Shown: positions 1 through 12,929 of the stretch, piece by piece
Layout of the letters: each line of letters opens with the position of its first letter
How positions within the stretch are numbered: position 1 is the stretch's first letter
Source: Octopus vulgaris
Taxonomy: Eukaryota
Direction of reading: 5' to 3'
Assembly (NCBI GenBank): GCA_951406725.2
Contig: OX597824.1
Location: forward strand, 38,068,001-38,132,000
DNA length: 64,000 nucleotides
Program-made: the position numbers and the translations under genes
Notes under the pieces: generated by a model
Seen by the model: the letters and a program-made list of their open reading frames with translations, nothing else
Databases searched by the model: none
Told to the model about the DNA's origin: nothing

Positions 1-99
1 CCTGGTGCAGCCTTCTGGCTTCCCAGGCCCCAGTTGAACCGTCCAACCCTGCTAGCATGGAAAGCGGACGCTAAACGATGATGATGATGATGATGATGA
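1..99 (+). mobile_element. 3' end of a SINE/RTE-LINE family, truncated by the window edge
   Basis: ...GTCCAACCCTGCTAGCATGGAAAGCGGACGCTAAAC followed by (GAT)n. The same tail recurs at ~44700 (+) and at 52300, 12940 and 17230 (-). Confidence 0.8.
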
Positions 100-378
100 T
101 ATTGGCTAGAATTATTTCCCAAGCCTCCTTAGTACTTGGTCTGCAAAATATCTTTCTTCCTTGTATGACATTGCTGAACCCCGCTACTGACCATCTTAAA
201 GTTAATATTTCTGGACGTTAAATTAAAAATACATTCAACAAGAAATATATCTTGAATATTTGATTCTTGGATGAGAGAATGAATATCTATGCATTGAAAT
301 GAGCAGCTTCACAGAGTTCATAGTAGTGCCAAAATAAAATTGAGAGCTTTACTATTATTATGGTTGTTGTTGTTGTTG

Positions 379-550
379 TAAGGTGGCAGAATTGTTAGTG
401 CTCCAGACAAAATGCATAACAGCTTTTCATCTGTCTTTACTTTCTAAGTTCAAATTGTGCTGAGGTTGATTTTTACCTTTCATCCTTTTGGGGCCAGTAA
501 AATAAGTGCCAGTTGAACACTGGGCTCAATGTAATTGGCTTACCCTCCCC
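379..550 (+). mobile_element. SINE family with core CCTTTCATCCTTTYGGGG...AAATAAGTACCAG
   Basis: Homologous copies lie on the - strand at 18385-18560, 20030-20345, 40975-41180 and 43400-43628. B-box-like AGTTCAAAT is present. Confidence 0.75.
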
Positions 551-552
551 TA

Positions 553-592
<40 letters not shown>

Positions 593-625
593 ATGTATGT
601 ATGTATGTGTGTGTGTGTGTGTGTA

Positions 626-921
626 AGCGCAATGACCCAGTGGTTAGGGCAGCGGACTCGTGGTCGTAGGATTGCTGTTTCGATTCCCAGACCAGACATT
701 GTGAGTGTTTGAGCAAAAACACCTAAAGCTCCACGAGGCTCCGACAGGAGGTGGTGGCGATCCCTGCTGTACACTTTCACCACAACTTTCTCTCACTCTT
801 TCTTCTGTTGGCCTGCTCGCTTAACCAGTGGGGTGGCGTCATTTGAAGGCAAAAACAATGCGAAGTGCATTGTGACCAGCTATGTGAAGCAACATCTGAT
901 AGCCTGGTCGGTCATGGTGAT
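626..921 (+). mobile_element. tRNA-derived SINE
   Basis: A-box-like TGACCCAGTGG and B-box-like GTTTCGATTCC, then a non-tRNA body. Flanked by microsatellites. Confidence 0.75.
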
Positions 922-930
922 GTATATATA

Positions 931-970
<40 letters not shown>

Positions 971-1005
971 GGTTTGAGTCCCATGGCTGTCTGTAGACAT
1001 TTTTT

Positions 1006-1285
1006 GTGAAGGTACATAGCTCAGTGGTTAGAGCATTGGGCTTACAATCATGGAGTTGTGAGTTCGATTCCTGTTATGTTCTTGAGCAAGGAACTTTATT
1101 TGATGTTGTTGCAGTTCACTCCACTGTAAAATTAAGTTGCGGTGTTATTAATGGCATGGAGAGGAGAGGCTGGTGTGCATGGGTGACTGCTGATCTTTCT
1201 TAAACAAACTTGTCTAGACTTGTACCTTGGAGGGGAATTTTCTAGGGGCATCCCATGGTCATTCATGACCAAAGGGGGTCTTTAC
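1006..1285 (+). mobile_element. tRNA-derived SINE
   Basis: A box TAGCTCAGTGG, B box GAGTTCGATTCC, then TTCTTGAGCAAG as in other SINEs here. Confidence 0.75.
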
Positions 1286-1751
1286 TCTGCTCACAGAAAG
1301 TTCCGGATGGTCTGAAAACCTATCACATGAACAGCAATCATTCATTGGACAAGATCTCAGTTATGCACATGATCAAACCATGGCTGAATTGTGATTTGAA
1401 ATTTGTATGTAGCAAAACGGGTTTGAATCCAGTGCTACAGACCTTTGTGTTTAGTCACAAGAAACCAACATTGAATTAACTGTTACCTAGAAATATCATT
1501 TAATGTAATCATTAGATTGTAAATGAAATAAATCAAATCTATTTCAAACATTTCTTTGGTATCCAATACCTAACATAATTTTTTGTTTTTTTCTATGATC
1601 AGTATTTTTTATTAATTTTGTTGTTGATAGAACTATCATGGTTCTGGAATCTGGTCATCTCTAACTGTTTTCAGGTTTATTTCCTTTTCAGCTATTTACT
1701 TTTTTTCCTCATTCTTTTCTGTCAATATTTGTCATTTTTCTATTTTTTCAG

Positions 1752-1796
1752 AAAACTTGATTCTAACTTACGTCCAGGAGCTGGAACTGCAAAAGA
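1752..1796 (+). CDS. Candidate 45-nt phase-2/2 exon of the unidentified host gene (KLDSNLRPGAGTAK-E)
   Basis: Long T-rich tract ending TTTTTCAG, open frame of 1+42+2 nt, donor GA|GTAATA. Read-through gives an immediate TAA, so it could instead be a terminal exon. Confidence 0.55.
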
Positions 1797-1817
1797 GTAA
1801 TAAAACAAAACATTGCG

Positions 1818-1869
<52 letters not shown>

Positions 1870-2973
1870 CTCACAATTAGACACCTGTACACTTAAACAT
1901 CCATGCATATATATCTAAAAATATGTAAGACAGTGAAATGAAACATTTTGCTTTAATGATATTTGGCATTTCAGAAATTATTGATGCTTTGAAATATTAT
2001 TTGCACCTTCTATGCACCTTAGCATATATCTTTTTAAAAATTGTTTATATCTTTAAATGTATGCTTTTTCCGGACTATAGCTGAAAAAAAAAAAAGAGAA
2101 AAAAAAAATGAAAAAATGGACTCCCTATATTGTAGTCAATAAGAACCTATCCTAATGCTTTGCTTTAGTCTTGAAGGACTTGATATAAATGTTAGATTTT
2201 AATTTTCTGTTAGAAACATTCCATTCAGTCCTATAAGTGGCTGTTGAAGACATTTAATAACATTTAATGATTTTTGTTATTTCTTTTAAACTGTGATAGT
2301 AGTACAACCTATTCTGTCCATCCTAAATAGATGGGTTTTAGTTTTTTACTATTGTTTTCAAATATTTTATCAATCTACTCATTTTAATTACTTCAATCCA
2401 TTAGAGATTTATGTATGAAGAAGTTGATTTAAAATAAAACTGTTAATTGTTGAGAATTAATAGAGAGGTTTTTGAGAAACTAAAAATAATGAGAAAATAT
2501 TTGTTTTCTTTTATTACTATTATATGTGCCAAAATTTAATGATGGATGAAAATATCTAGGGGTTAATTAACTACTGTAATTATTTTGTATATAAAAATTA
2601 GTTTCCAAGCATTTATTCTTTTTTTTGTCTTTCAAATTTTTTAATTAGTAAATATCTTTTTGAATGCATCATTTTAAGTCATGTTAGCCAATTGTGTTGT
2701 TAATTGATCTGCAGTTTTCATATTAGCCAAAATATTCACTTGATCACTATAAGCTGATATGAAATATTTCTTTATGAACCAATTTTTGTTCACCCAACCT
2801 TAAAATATCTACAAAACTACAGAACACTTGTTGTTCATCTTCTACAGTACTATCAAATCCAGGATTAAAAAAAATAAAAAAAGCACAACAGCAAGAGACT
2901 ATTCTTGTCACGTGTCATTGAAAAGTGTTATTTTCTATGTCTACATAACCTGCGATGTTATCATTTATTCTAG

Positions 2974-3012
2974 GGCCAAACCTGTGTATTATGGCAAACT
3001 GCCGTCTCTTAG
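2974..3012 (+). CDS. Candidate 39-nt phase-2/2 exon (AKPVYYGKLPSL-R/S)
   Basis: Acceptor TCATTTATTCTAG with a branch-like CATAAC upstream, strong donor TAG|GTGAGT, open and symmetric. Confidence 0.6.
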   Translation, partial: GQTCVLWQTAVS

Positions 3013-3619
3013 GTGAGTAGTTGCACCTAGGCTTTACTGTACTGCTAAGAACACTTATTGTAAAACTATTTCTTACTTGTGAACATTACCTAGCTTGAGA
3101 TGAAAGATTAATAAAACTTATGGGTGTGTATGTGTGCGTATATACATATATAAAATTAGTGTTTATTAACCTACATTTAACAGACAACTATTTTCGAATC
3201 CTTCTTATTAAAGTAGTTTCTTCTACACACACACACACACACACACACAAAATCATGCTACACACCCTTATGTAATTTACTATGTTCTATTACTTCCCAT
3301 TGATATGAAATCTGACCACATCATCTTTAATTTATATTTTCATCATGTAAGTTTCTTTCTCTTGCTTGCCATAATTTACATATACTCAATGATATTAATT
3401 GTAATTGGTTCTAAATTTCAAATTAATAGGTTAATCAAATTATGCTCACATGCTATTCTTTATGCATTTAAAATCTAAACATTTTGTTGGTCTTCTTGCA
3501 AATATAATGAATTCAACATCCTTCAAATATATCTTGCATATTTAGAATAGTTCTTTTGGAAATATAGTGAATATATTACCTACCATTCCTGGTAGTTATC
3601 TACAATTTGTTAACACTAG

Positions 3620-3656
3620 GAATAAAATGACACCAGAAGAAATGATGGCATTTGTG
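3620..3656 (+). CDS. Tentative 37-nt exon, phase 2 to 0 (NKMTPEEMMAFV)
   Basis: Weak acceptor TTAACACTAG, donor GTG|GTGAGC. Frame-compatible with 2974-3012 upstream and 20522-20541 downstream. Confidence 0.3.
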
Positions 3657-4020
3657 GTGAGCAAAAACTGCAGACATCTGATCGATGCAAGCAAAAGTTG
3701 AATCCTTATTTGGAGACATATTTACATTAACAAACTATCTTAAATACTATAGTCTTTCTCCAGCTTTAGTGACGTCACTTTTTGAATATATTTTTTGTGA
3801 TTACAGAAGGATTTTTGATGGAAAAAAAAAAATTACAGATTTTCTAAATTTATTTTTAATTAGAAATATTGAAGGGAATTGTAATATAAAAAAAATATAC
3901 AAAATGTTTCAAAATCTGGATACAAGAGCAAAGGAAGGAAACTGTGTGTGGATGGATGCATATGTGTGCATATGTAGATGTGCGTATATGTGTAAATATT
4001 TGTATGTATGTATGTATGTG

Positions 4021-4270
4021 TGGAGGCACATGGCTTAGTGGTCAGGGTGTCAGCATCATGATTGTAAGATTGTGGTTTCGATTCCTGGACCGGGTAACGC
4101 GTTGTGTTCTTGAGCAAAACACTTCATTTCACGTTGCTCTAGTCCACTCAGCTGGCAAAAATGAGTAACGTTGCGATGGACTGGCATCCCGTCCAGCTGG
4201 GGAACACATACGCCATTGAAACCGAGAAACTGGGCCCATGAACCTGGCTAGGCTTTAAAAGGGTGCATTA
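4021..4270 (+). mobile_element. tRNA-derived SINE, relatively intact
   Basis: TGGCTTAGTGG A box, GGTTTCGATTCC B box, GTGTTCTTGAGCAAAACACTTCATTTCAC body, CpGs retained. Confidence 0.8.
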
Positions 4271-5389
4271 AAATTATGTATGTATGTGATTCTGCGTGTG
4301 TATGTATGTTTACTGGTATGTATATACTGCTTTTTTGGATTTAATTAGGTCTTTTTTCTTCACAGAATTGAAGTCAGTCACTTACAAAGTGACAAGGCTC
4401 TTTTGTTTACATCAAGAGAGCTCTTTGGATTTGTGATAGCTGGACTAGTTTGTGTTTGTATGTATGAATTTGTGTGTGTGCGTGCATGAATGCAAATAAA
4501 ATTGCGCTCATATAGTGGAAATACATGCTACTTCAGTACACAAGCATGTGTGCTTCAATACTGTATGTGTGTGTGTTTAGCCTAGGAACCTCAAATGGTG
4601 AATTCCTGAACTGTTTTACAAATTTTCTCTCAACCTCTAATTAATTATTTTTGGAGTGTGCAAATCAGTTTTCTTTGTTCTCTTTTGGAAAACCCCAACA
4701 TTTTTAGGCTTTTATGCAAATCTATAGCTAGAGTATAAGAGCTGTAAGTTTCTCAGAAATTATTCATATACATCTGTTTTTCTCCCAGAGTTTTAGCAAG
4801 ATATTCACATTTGCTGGGCCATTCATCTTTGCATCAATTCATGATTTTTGCTCTCTGTCCATAGAACACCACCTGGCCTCTTGTGTTTACATTAGGTTTA
4901 CCATTTCTATAGTGTTCCTTAATATAAGAGTGTGGATACTTTCCAATTCAGCTTTATCTTTGGTATGATTGTGAAGACAATCTTTCTTGCAGTACTGTTG
5001 ATGATTTTAGCAATAACGTTGTCTCATGGTAAAGTAGTATCTTTTGGACATTTTTGGACAACTGGATTGGTTGGTGTTTGGATGTTGAGGATGTAGAGGG
5101 GCTGGCACAAGACCACCAAATATGGAGAGCACAGGTGGACCTGGTTGGCTCTACGTATGATGACACCTCTGGGGCCATTAACTTGGAATGAACCCAGTCC
5201 CATCAAGCAAGAGCATGAAACCAAGCCAAGTTGGTGATATGGAAGCTATTTTCCTCACAAATGTAGAACTATTGACATTTTGTTTCTCAGCTTGTGTTCT
5301 AGAGGCATCCTAATGTTCCTTGTTGATTAGATATTTAGTAACTATTTTCTGAATAGTGTTATCTTTTAGATGAGTTGTGATGTCAAAAT

Positions 5390-7860
5390 TATCACTTTTT
5401 ACATCCACTTTCCATCATGGCATATGTTGAACAAACCATCAGCATTTGTGCCACCTCCCATTGGGAGCTACTGCTCTACAAGAGACAAAGGTGCTCACAC
5501 GTATCATCAGGCTTGACTTCTATGGCTGGATGACTTCCCTAGTGTCAACCACTTTACTGAGTATACTACATGCATTTTTTGCATTTTTCTCATGACACCA
5601 ACACAAGAGAGGCTGAACAGTTCTTAGTAAGATAGGACTTGAAGGACCTTGTAACCCTACACTTTCTCTGCTTTGTGTGAACAATGTCTGATAAGGGGCC
5701 TTGTGCACAATAAAGGCAAGTTTGGAAAAGGAATAATAACAGAAAGGCCAGAAGTTGGGATAGGGAGTGAATGTATGTATGGAGAGAGTACTCAGTAAAT
5801 TAGGGGTGGTGCATTCGCACAGATGACTCGGGGGTGGGGAATTGGAAAGAGAACAATGACATCAGAAGAAACAGAATAAGTGGAAGAGTGGAAAAAAGAG
5901 TCTGACGGGGGGGGGGGAGACAGGTATATGTAGAAGTGGCTTGGAGGAAGGTTTGGCAGTAGCAGGTGGACAAAGGTAGATGTTGGTGATTAGGTAAAGG
6001 TAGAAGAGGGATGGTAATAGAGGTGAGAGTAAGTGATAGCTGGCAGCAGAACAATGATATTACTGTGTATTGATAGGTGATGGTAGCTTAATGCCATATA
6101 CTCTTATATACGTCTTTTGGGAGGGCACGTGGGGATGGTGTGATCAGCACAGGTAGTGGTGGTTGAGAGATGAGTTGGATGACTATGAGTGAAAAGAAGG
6201 GGGTGAACAATAGATAGGGGGAGGTGGTCAAGGATGTAAGGTGAGGGTCAGCAATTGTAGGGCTGGCAGGATACAAATATTGCAGCCTCGAAACACTCTG
6301 CTCAAGTTAGAGTAGGTCTCACCATAAACTAACAGGTCTTCTACAGCATCACATATCACCAATTATTATGGTTCTCTAATGTCTTTGAGATGCAGCATCT
6401 TCTGGTCCACCTTCATCACTTTGTCCTAAGTCTTCATTGGTCACCTTCTTCCACAGGTTCCACTAACTTGCAGTGTTTGGTGTTTCTTTATACAGCAGTC
6501 ATCTTCCATGCACATCACATATTCTCACTAGCTCAGCCTTCTCACATGTGGACATCTGATTCCTGTTATACCCAGTTTTTCTCTCAGTTCATTTGTTATC
6601 TAGCATTCATGTTCACTAACATTGCACATCAATCAAAGTATGTTTGTCTCATTTCTTTCTAGCCATCTCCAGTCTCTGTATTCAAGGCTCATGTCTTATT
6701 ACTATGCAGCATAGCTGTTTTAAAATAAAACCTCATACAATCTACTATTCACTCAGAGGGAAAACACTTTTGTTACCAACAGATTTTCTCTAATTCATTC
6801 TTACCCTGGCTACTGTGTTTTCTGAACAATCACTCCTTTCCTGCTAATTATGTCATCTAGGAAACAGACTATTGACTACTTCCAGTGAGCTGCTCTTGGT
6901 CCATATTGTTCCACTGCATCTCCCACATATAAAGCAAGCTTTTTCTGTTAGTCTATTTGTGATCCCACTCCATTTCTTGTATGTTTGTAGCCTACATTAG
7001 CTACACTTTTTGAAGTTTTATACCTGCTCCCTTCTTATGTATCATACTATTTCCCTGCCAGTACAGAGGTCCTGTTATCTTTCCTACTTATTAACACTTG
7101 AGTCTTAGGTAAGCTTATCATAAAGGTTCTTAGTTTCAGGCTTTTCTTTCATGCCTACAATTTCTTTAATTCCACCATAGATTCAGGTATGAGAACTATA
7201 TCATCAGTATGTAGGTATTCTCGTGGACAGCCATTCTCAAACTTCTCTGTGATGGCTTATAGGACTATGATAAATAAGGAAGGACTGAAGACTGAGCCTT
7301 GATGGAACCCCATCTTCATACTAAATTCATCCCTGAACCAATCGTTGATCCATACTTACATCTATCTTTGTACATAGCTTGAACAGCTCTCATAAACCAT
7401 TCATCTACATCTAGTTGTTTTAGTGACCAGCTGATTGCAGCGCATGGTACTCTGTCAAAGACCTTCTCCAGGTCATCATTTTCTAGGCAAGATGGTTGAC
7501 TCTTAGCCAAATATTTCTCCTGTAATTGTGTTACTAGGAACATTGCATCTGTGGAACCTTTTTTAGATACAAAGCCTACTTGCATTTAATCTAAACTGAC
7601 CGTCTCTGATTAATTGTACTCTGACATACTCCCCCACTCACTCTCTCTTCTTTGAATTTCTGAGCCTGGGCTAACAACTTGATTCTTCTGTATTTTCCTC
7701 TTTCTAAATCATCTCCTTTGCCCTTACAGAAGTTTGCAATGATAATAGCAGTCATCATGTCTGATATCTTCCTGTCTTATGTGAATAACTATTCAGGTAG
7801 ATGAATTGCTGGACCTTCTGTGGGGTCAGCATAAGGTAGGTGATGATGTGACTGACTAGT
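5390..7860 (-). mobile_element. Decayed RTE-clade LINE (RT fragment plus 3' region)
   Basis: ORF 7316-7585 (GFVSKKGSTDAMFLVTQLQEKYLAK...DLEKVFDRVP...WSLKQLDVDEW) matches RTE reverse transcriptase. HQGSVFSP and YTDD relics lie at 7200-7310, and the SINE-shared tail is near 5400-5580. Boundaries are approximate. Confidence 0.8.
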
Positions 7861-8844
7861 TTCTGTGAAGTATGTGTTGTAAATTCTTAGATGAGTTGCA
7901 TCACAGAAATCTAGGTGACATAGCTTAGTGACTATAGCAATAGCTTTTGTTCTTCTTAATAGTTCTATAAACTATGTTATCAGTCTCTTAAGAACATCAA
8001 CTATAGCAGTTCCAACCTTTGCAAGGCATAGTGATTCTATTACCCATGAATGAGGAACAGTCAAATGCCATCTTATAGTGTAGCCATACATTCAGTATAT
8101 TTCAGTAGTACTGCTTTGCTCTTCCTTAAGGACAGTTTTCTTGACAAGTTGTTGTTCAACACAGCCCCAAATCCTTTCTTTATTTCTGCAAACAGATAAG
8201 TTACTACATTGTATATTTCTTAAACAAACATTAAAACTGCAATGAAATGTAATTATGTTCCAGATCCCAATCTAAAATGACTAGATCATTCTGGAGAAAG
8301 CCATTTATAACCTTGAATGTGATGCCTTTCATATGTGATATACCACTTGTGGGATTATTGCTAGTTACTTCTTAGTAAATTGAAGATTTTTACTTACCAC
8401 TCACAGCTCATGTTTAAGGTTATGGTTATATCTCTTTGGCAGTTTGATTAGTCATTGTAGCCAGTGGTTCACTTTGCACTTGATGATAGTATCTGAGTCT
8501 CCAATATTTGTCTGGAGAGAGAGGTCATCATTTTTGGAGTGTTTCTAGTCAGCAGTACCATCATATAGTTGTAACTGGTGGTTTGTGTGTGTGTGTGCTA
8601 ATTTCACTCACAAGGTTTTGGTCGCTGCATGGATACAAGTGGAAAGCGTTCACATATCAGAACTATATCTCTAATCGTGGAATACTGAAGAGAACTTCTT
8701 TATCTATTTATGCATGGGTATGCATATGTATATAAATGTGTCTGTGCACACGTGTGTGTGTGTGTACATATAACTATATACATGTATATATGTGTGTATA
8801 TATATGTACATAAATATTTCTATACACTGTACCTATCTATGTTT

Positions 8845-9270
8845 AGGTGCGGGTGTGTCAGTGTGGTTTATTAGTTTGCTTTCCAACCACATGGTTTCAG
8901 GTTCACTACTTGGCACCTTACTGTAACCTTGAGCTGGGCAAAAACCTTGAGTGGATTTGATAGACAGAAACAGAAAGAAGGCTGTTGTGTGTGTGTGTGT
9001 GTGTGTGTGTGTATGCATGTGCATGTCTTTGTCTGTCTCCCACCACCACTTGACAGCTGGTGTTGTTGGTGTGTTTTTGTCCATGTAACCTAGCAGTTTG
9101 GCAAAAAGAGACCAATAGAATAAGTACCAGGTTAAAAAAAAATGTGCTGGGATTGACTTGTTCAACTAAAATTCTTCAAGATAGTGTCCCATCATGGCCA
9201 CTGTCTAATGACAAACAAGTAAAAAAATATGGTGCCCCAACATGGCCACAACTCGTGAGTTGAAACTACT
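8845..9270 (+). mobile_element. SINE-like repeat with internal (TG)n
   Basis: Homologous to 58995-59310 (TTGCTTCCCAAC...GGCACCTT...TCTCCCACCAC...TTGACAGC...AGAATAAGTAC). Confidence 0.7.
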
Positions 9271-9651
9271 TCAATTCATATATATATATATATATATATA
9301 AGATGCTGTTTTCTCTCTTGAACCATAACATCAAATTGTAAATGCAAATTGTATATGAGGGTGAATTGTACTTCTCGAAACTTAGATATGTCTATCTTTT
9401 ACTACTTGTGATGTTAGAACCAAAGATATGTAATATGCATATGAACTGTCCTCTAGTTACAATTAGCTTTGTAGTTAACAGCTGAGTCCAACTTGTTTGT
9501 ACTGACTTCAATTCAAAGGCATTTTACTCCTGAACATTTTTTTCAAGAATTTTCTATTCAATAGATATAATTTACCTTTTTTGAATATGTTAATGTTTGA
9601 GTTGAAGAATGTTTGGCTGCTATTTCCTGCTAGGTTTGTGAACTGCATTAA

Positions 9652-9872
9652 CCCTTTCATTACTGTATTTATTTTGAGATGCTCTGTATTTCTTTCAATT
9701 ACTTTAGATATAACAAAGAATTTAGTAAAATAACTTCGTTATCATTAAGCTAGTGTTAGGAACATAAATTCTGATTAAGATGTGGTGGAAGATTTTAATT
9801 CAGAACTTTTGAAAACAAGACATTTATACTACAGTGCCTGAGCTGGTTTCAGCTGGGTTGGTATCGAAAGGG
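9652..9872. mobile_element. piggyBac-type MITE (~220 bp)
   Basis: TTAA|CCCTTTC...GAAAGGG|TTAA, with a second copy at 56773-56991. Confidence 0.85.
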
Positions 9873-9986
9873 TTAAGATTCTCTCATTGAGTTGGGTTCC
9901 CTTTTAAGATTATTCAAGATGTGACTAATTTTTGTAATATTTTATAAAAATAGAACTGATCACTTTATGTTTGAGAATTCTTTATA

Positions 9987-10366
9987 CACTTGCGTCAGAA
10001 ATTAATTAGCACTTCTCAAATTTCTACATTAAATAGGTTAAATCAATTAACCTATGAGCTGTTCAAAACGTCTTACGCGATGAGAAAACTTAGTATGGTG
10101 TGATTTCGGTCCTTGCGAGGCGCTACCTATATCTATTAAACAAAGGAAGATTTGTCTGCATCCGCACTCCAAGTTGTTGTTGCACTGCTATGTCAACATC
10201 ATAAGGCTGTAGACTCTCAAACTGCTCTGCAAACAAAGTTACGTCATCGTTCTGCGCAACAGTGAACTTGCAACAAAGCAATAGTTCGAGATATGGCCAC
10301 TAGGTGACAGCACATACCTTGAGTGAAGAGCAAATCAAGGGTGCTAATTAATTTCTGACGGTAGTG
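9987..10366. mobile_element. Tc1/mariner-type MITE (380 bp)
   Basis: 26-bp TIRs CACTTGCGTCAGAAATTAATTAGCAC / GTGCTAATTAATTTCTGACGGTAGTG, with TA on both sides (9985-9986, 10367-10368). Confidence 0.85.
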
Positions 10367-11466
10367 TACCTGTTTTATAAGTAACTCTGTCTCTTTTTCC
10401 TCCCCATCTTTCTTTCTTTCCCTTTCCTCATACACAGTTGCTGCTGTAAATTAGCAAAGAATTATCTTCTATGAACATTAAAAGCATTTGTCTTATCATA
10501 ATTGCTAATAAATTCCTGTATTTTTTTCCTCATTCTCTGTGTGGTCCTCTCCAGTAAGCTGAGGAAATGAACCATTAGTTAAATGAAGAAAAATTTTAGA
10601 ATTATCACCTTTCCATTTATCACTTTCAGTGATTTAAAGAATATTTCCTGCAGAGTAGACCAGTCCTCCATTCTTCATGACAGTATTTGTTGACTGGAAT
10701 GTAGTAGACCTTTTGCTGTGTCTAATAGCATTGAGGCTTTAATATTTTAAACTTATCCTAGACCACCATGATTAGTTATATGAATGCGAACTATATAGTC
10801 TTCCCATTTATAAGAAGGGAAACAAAAATATTTTCCCTGCTATTTTTTGTAGGGATAGATATTTGTTGGTTTGCAAACCCCTGTTTTAAAGGAACTTTTC
10901 TTGTATTAGTGTTTGAAACCAAAAATTAACTTGACAAATAATGGGATTTATACCATTGTAATGGCTAATTTTCTCTGAGTTACTTTATTGAATATCTAAT
11001 CACTAGAATTGACCAGCAAAAAAAAAAAAAAATTTTTTAAATGGTCTATTCTATCAACAGGTAAAACAGCTATGTTTAATATATCTTCATAGCATTCCAA
11101 ATTGAAAATCAATCTTTGCAAGCATAAAATATACAAACAAGTATATAAGACAATATTATACATGTCAACAAAAGCTTTTTAAAATAACTTTCAGAAATAA
11201 AGCATATAGCATAGTATATAGCATAGTAAAAGTTTGAAACCTCAGCTGTTTATTTTCTGCCTATATATTTCAGCATAAATTTATATGGAAGGTAATTATT
11301 AAATTTATTTAACCATCTTCACATGTTATACTAACATGTTATATATAAAGCCTCCTACCTTATTATATTAAGTCTCCTACCTTGCTAGATAACATACCCC
11401 TGTTTGTCTCGTAGTATATATAGATATATAAGAGGTCTGTATAAGCATTAAAATATATTTAAATGC

Positions 11467-12800
11467 AATGAGCAATAAAAGAAAGAAAACTTAATTAAAA
11501 AAAAAAAATAATGGCGAAGGGACGAGATTTAAAAATTCTGTATTAGCTTGATACTTTAAAGAGACCATCTTAATGGTTTAGATGTTGGTCCTTCATCTTA
11601 GAGAAGAAAACAGTAGGGAGAGGAGGGTGGGGAAAAGGAACATTCAGTAAGAGAAAAGGAAAGAAGGAAAAAGAGGGTGTGGAGTTGGGAACCAGGTGGG
11701 AATGTAGTTCTAACAAGGATGAAGTGAGAAGGGAAGAAGGGACGTGTATATGTGCAAGTATAAGAGTGTATATGTGTTCAGAGATGGGCATATGAGATAA
11801 TGGTGTGTGTGTGTGTTGGTGCATAAAGGTATGAATGTGTTAACATTATGAAGTGAAAGAAATGGTATGAATTCTGGAAGGGAAGTGAGAGAAAAGTTAA
11901 TTACAAAACACTTTCACTTCTTGCAGTTCATACCTTCCTTTCATGTAATACTGCCTCACATTCATACCTTTGCATGCATGTACACATGCATGCACACATA
12001 CTTCTATTGTACCCTCCACATTTCCCTTACCTTACCTTTTACCTCTCATTTATGTCTGTTCCCTACCTCTTCCACATCCATGCTTCTTCATACTCTCTAA
12101 AACCTCACACCCACACCAATCTACACACTACTTCCACATATATGCAAGCACACACACACAAACTATCCCATATGTCCATCTGTAAACACAGACACACCCC
12201 TATACTTGCACATACATCCCTTCCTCCATTCTCACCCCACTACCGTAGAAGGGCATTCCCACCTGATTCCTAATTCCATACCCTTTGTTTCTTCCTTCTC
12301 TTACTGACTGTTCCCTTTTTCCCAATCCCCTCTCCATGCTTTTCTATTTCCCCTGATGAACTAACATCCAAAATATTAAAACTCTTTTTCTTTGAAGCAC
12401 TGATTCTCAACTGGGGTCCATATGGCCCCTGAGGTCCATATAAGATTTTTGGAGTTCCAAAAGCATTTTAAGGGTCCCTCAAAAAATTTTGCTTTAGATG
12501 TATGTGGTGGTATGTATTGCAAGAAATGGCTAGGTTTCTTTCTCTAACGTTATATATTGTTTAACCTACACAAGTTAGTGTGTGAAAAACAAAACAGGAA
12601 TTTTGAAAGAAGTTTCTATACAACTAGATTTTAAACATTAAATGGCTAAGGGAGCCCACTGGAATAAAATAGTACTCAAAGGGGTCCATAGATAAAAAAT
12701 GCTTGAGAACCCCTGCTTTGAAGTATCAAGCTAATATAGAATCTGTTAAAACCTGTCCCTCCACTATTTTTTTAAAAATTATTTTTCTTTATTGCTCATT
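11467..12800. repeat. Long diverged palindrome (~430-bp arms, centre ~11900) with decayed hammerhead-like motifs, probably Penelope-derived
   Basis: 11467-11892 is the reverse complement of 11913-12800 once the hAT insertion is removed. CTGATGAA at 12354 (+) mirrors CTTCATCTTAG at ~11591. Confidence 0.75.
12398..12715. mobile_element. hAT-type MITE nested in the palindrome
   Basis: TIR CACTGATTCTCAA / TTGAGAACCCCTG, perfect 8-bp TSD CTTTGAAG at 12390-12397 and 12716-12723. Confidence 0.9.
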
Positions 12801-12885
12801 ACATGTGTAATACGTATGTGTGGGTTGGTATGTATGTATAATATGTAACTGTGTAATAAATGTGAATAATATAGATATGTATGAG

Positions 12886-12917
<32 letters not shown>

Positions 12918-12929
12918 TATAAATACTTA

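Noticed and set aside
1006-1075. tRNA-like sequences here and at 626, 4021, 23798, 26870 and 48140
   Set aside because: They have A/B boxes but no closed cloverleaf or acceptor stem, and continue into repeat bodies. They are SINE heads, not tRNA genes.
4993-5028. 36-nt open phase-2/2 AG-GT segment
   Set aside because: It lies in what looks like a decayed LINE 3' fragment (4950-5260) and is likely a chance match. Similar weak-site candidates at 37701-37760, 40765-40812 and 51814-51894 were also dropped.
10318-10369. - strand exon-like segment CAG|...AAG|GTATGT
   Set aside because: It coincides with the right TIR of the Tc1/mariner MITE and has no pyrimidine tract.
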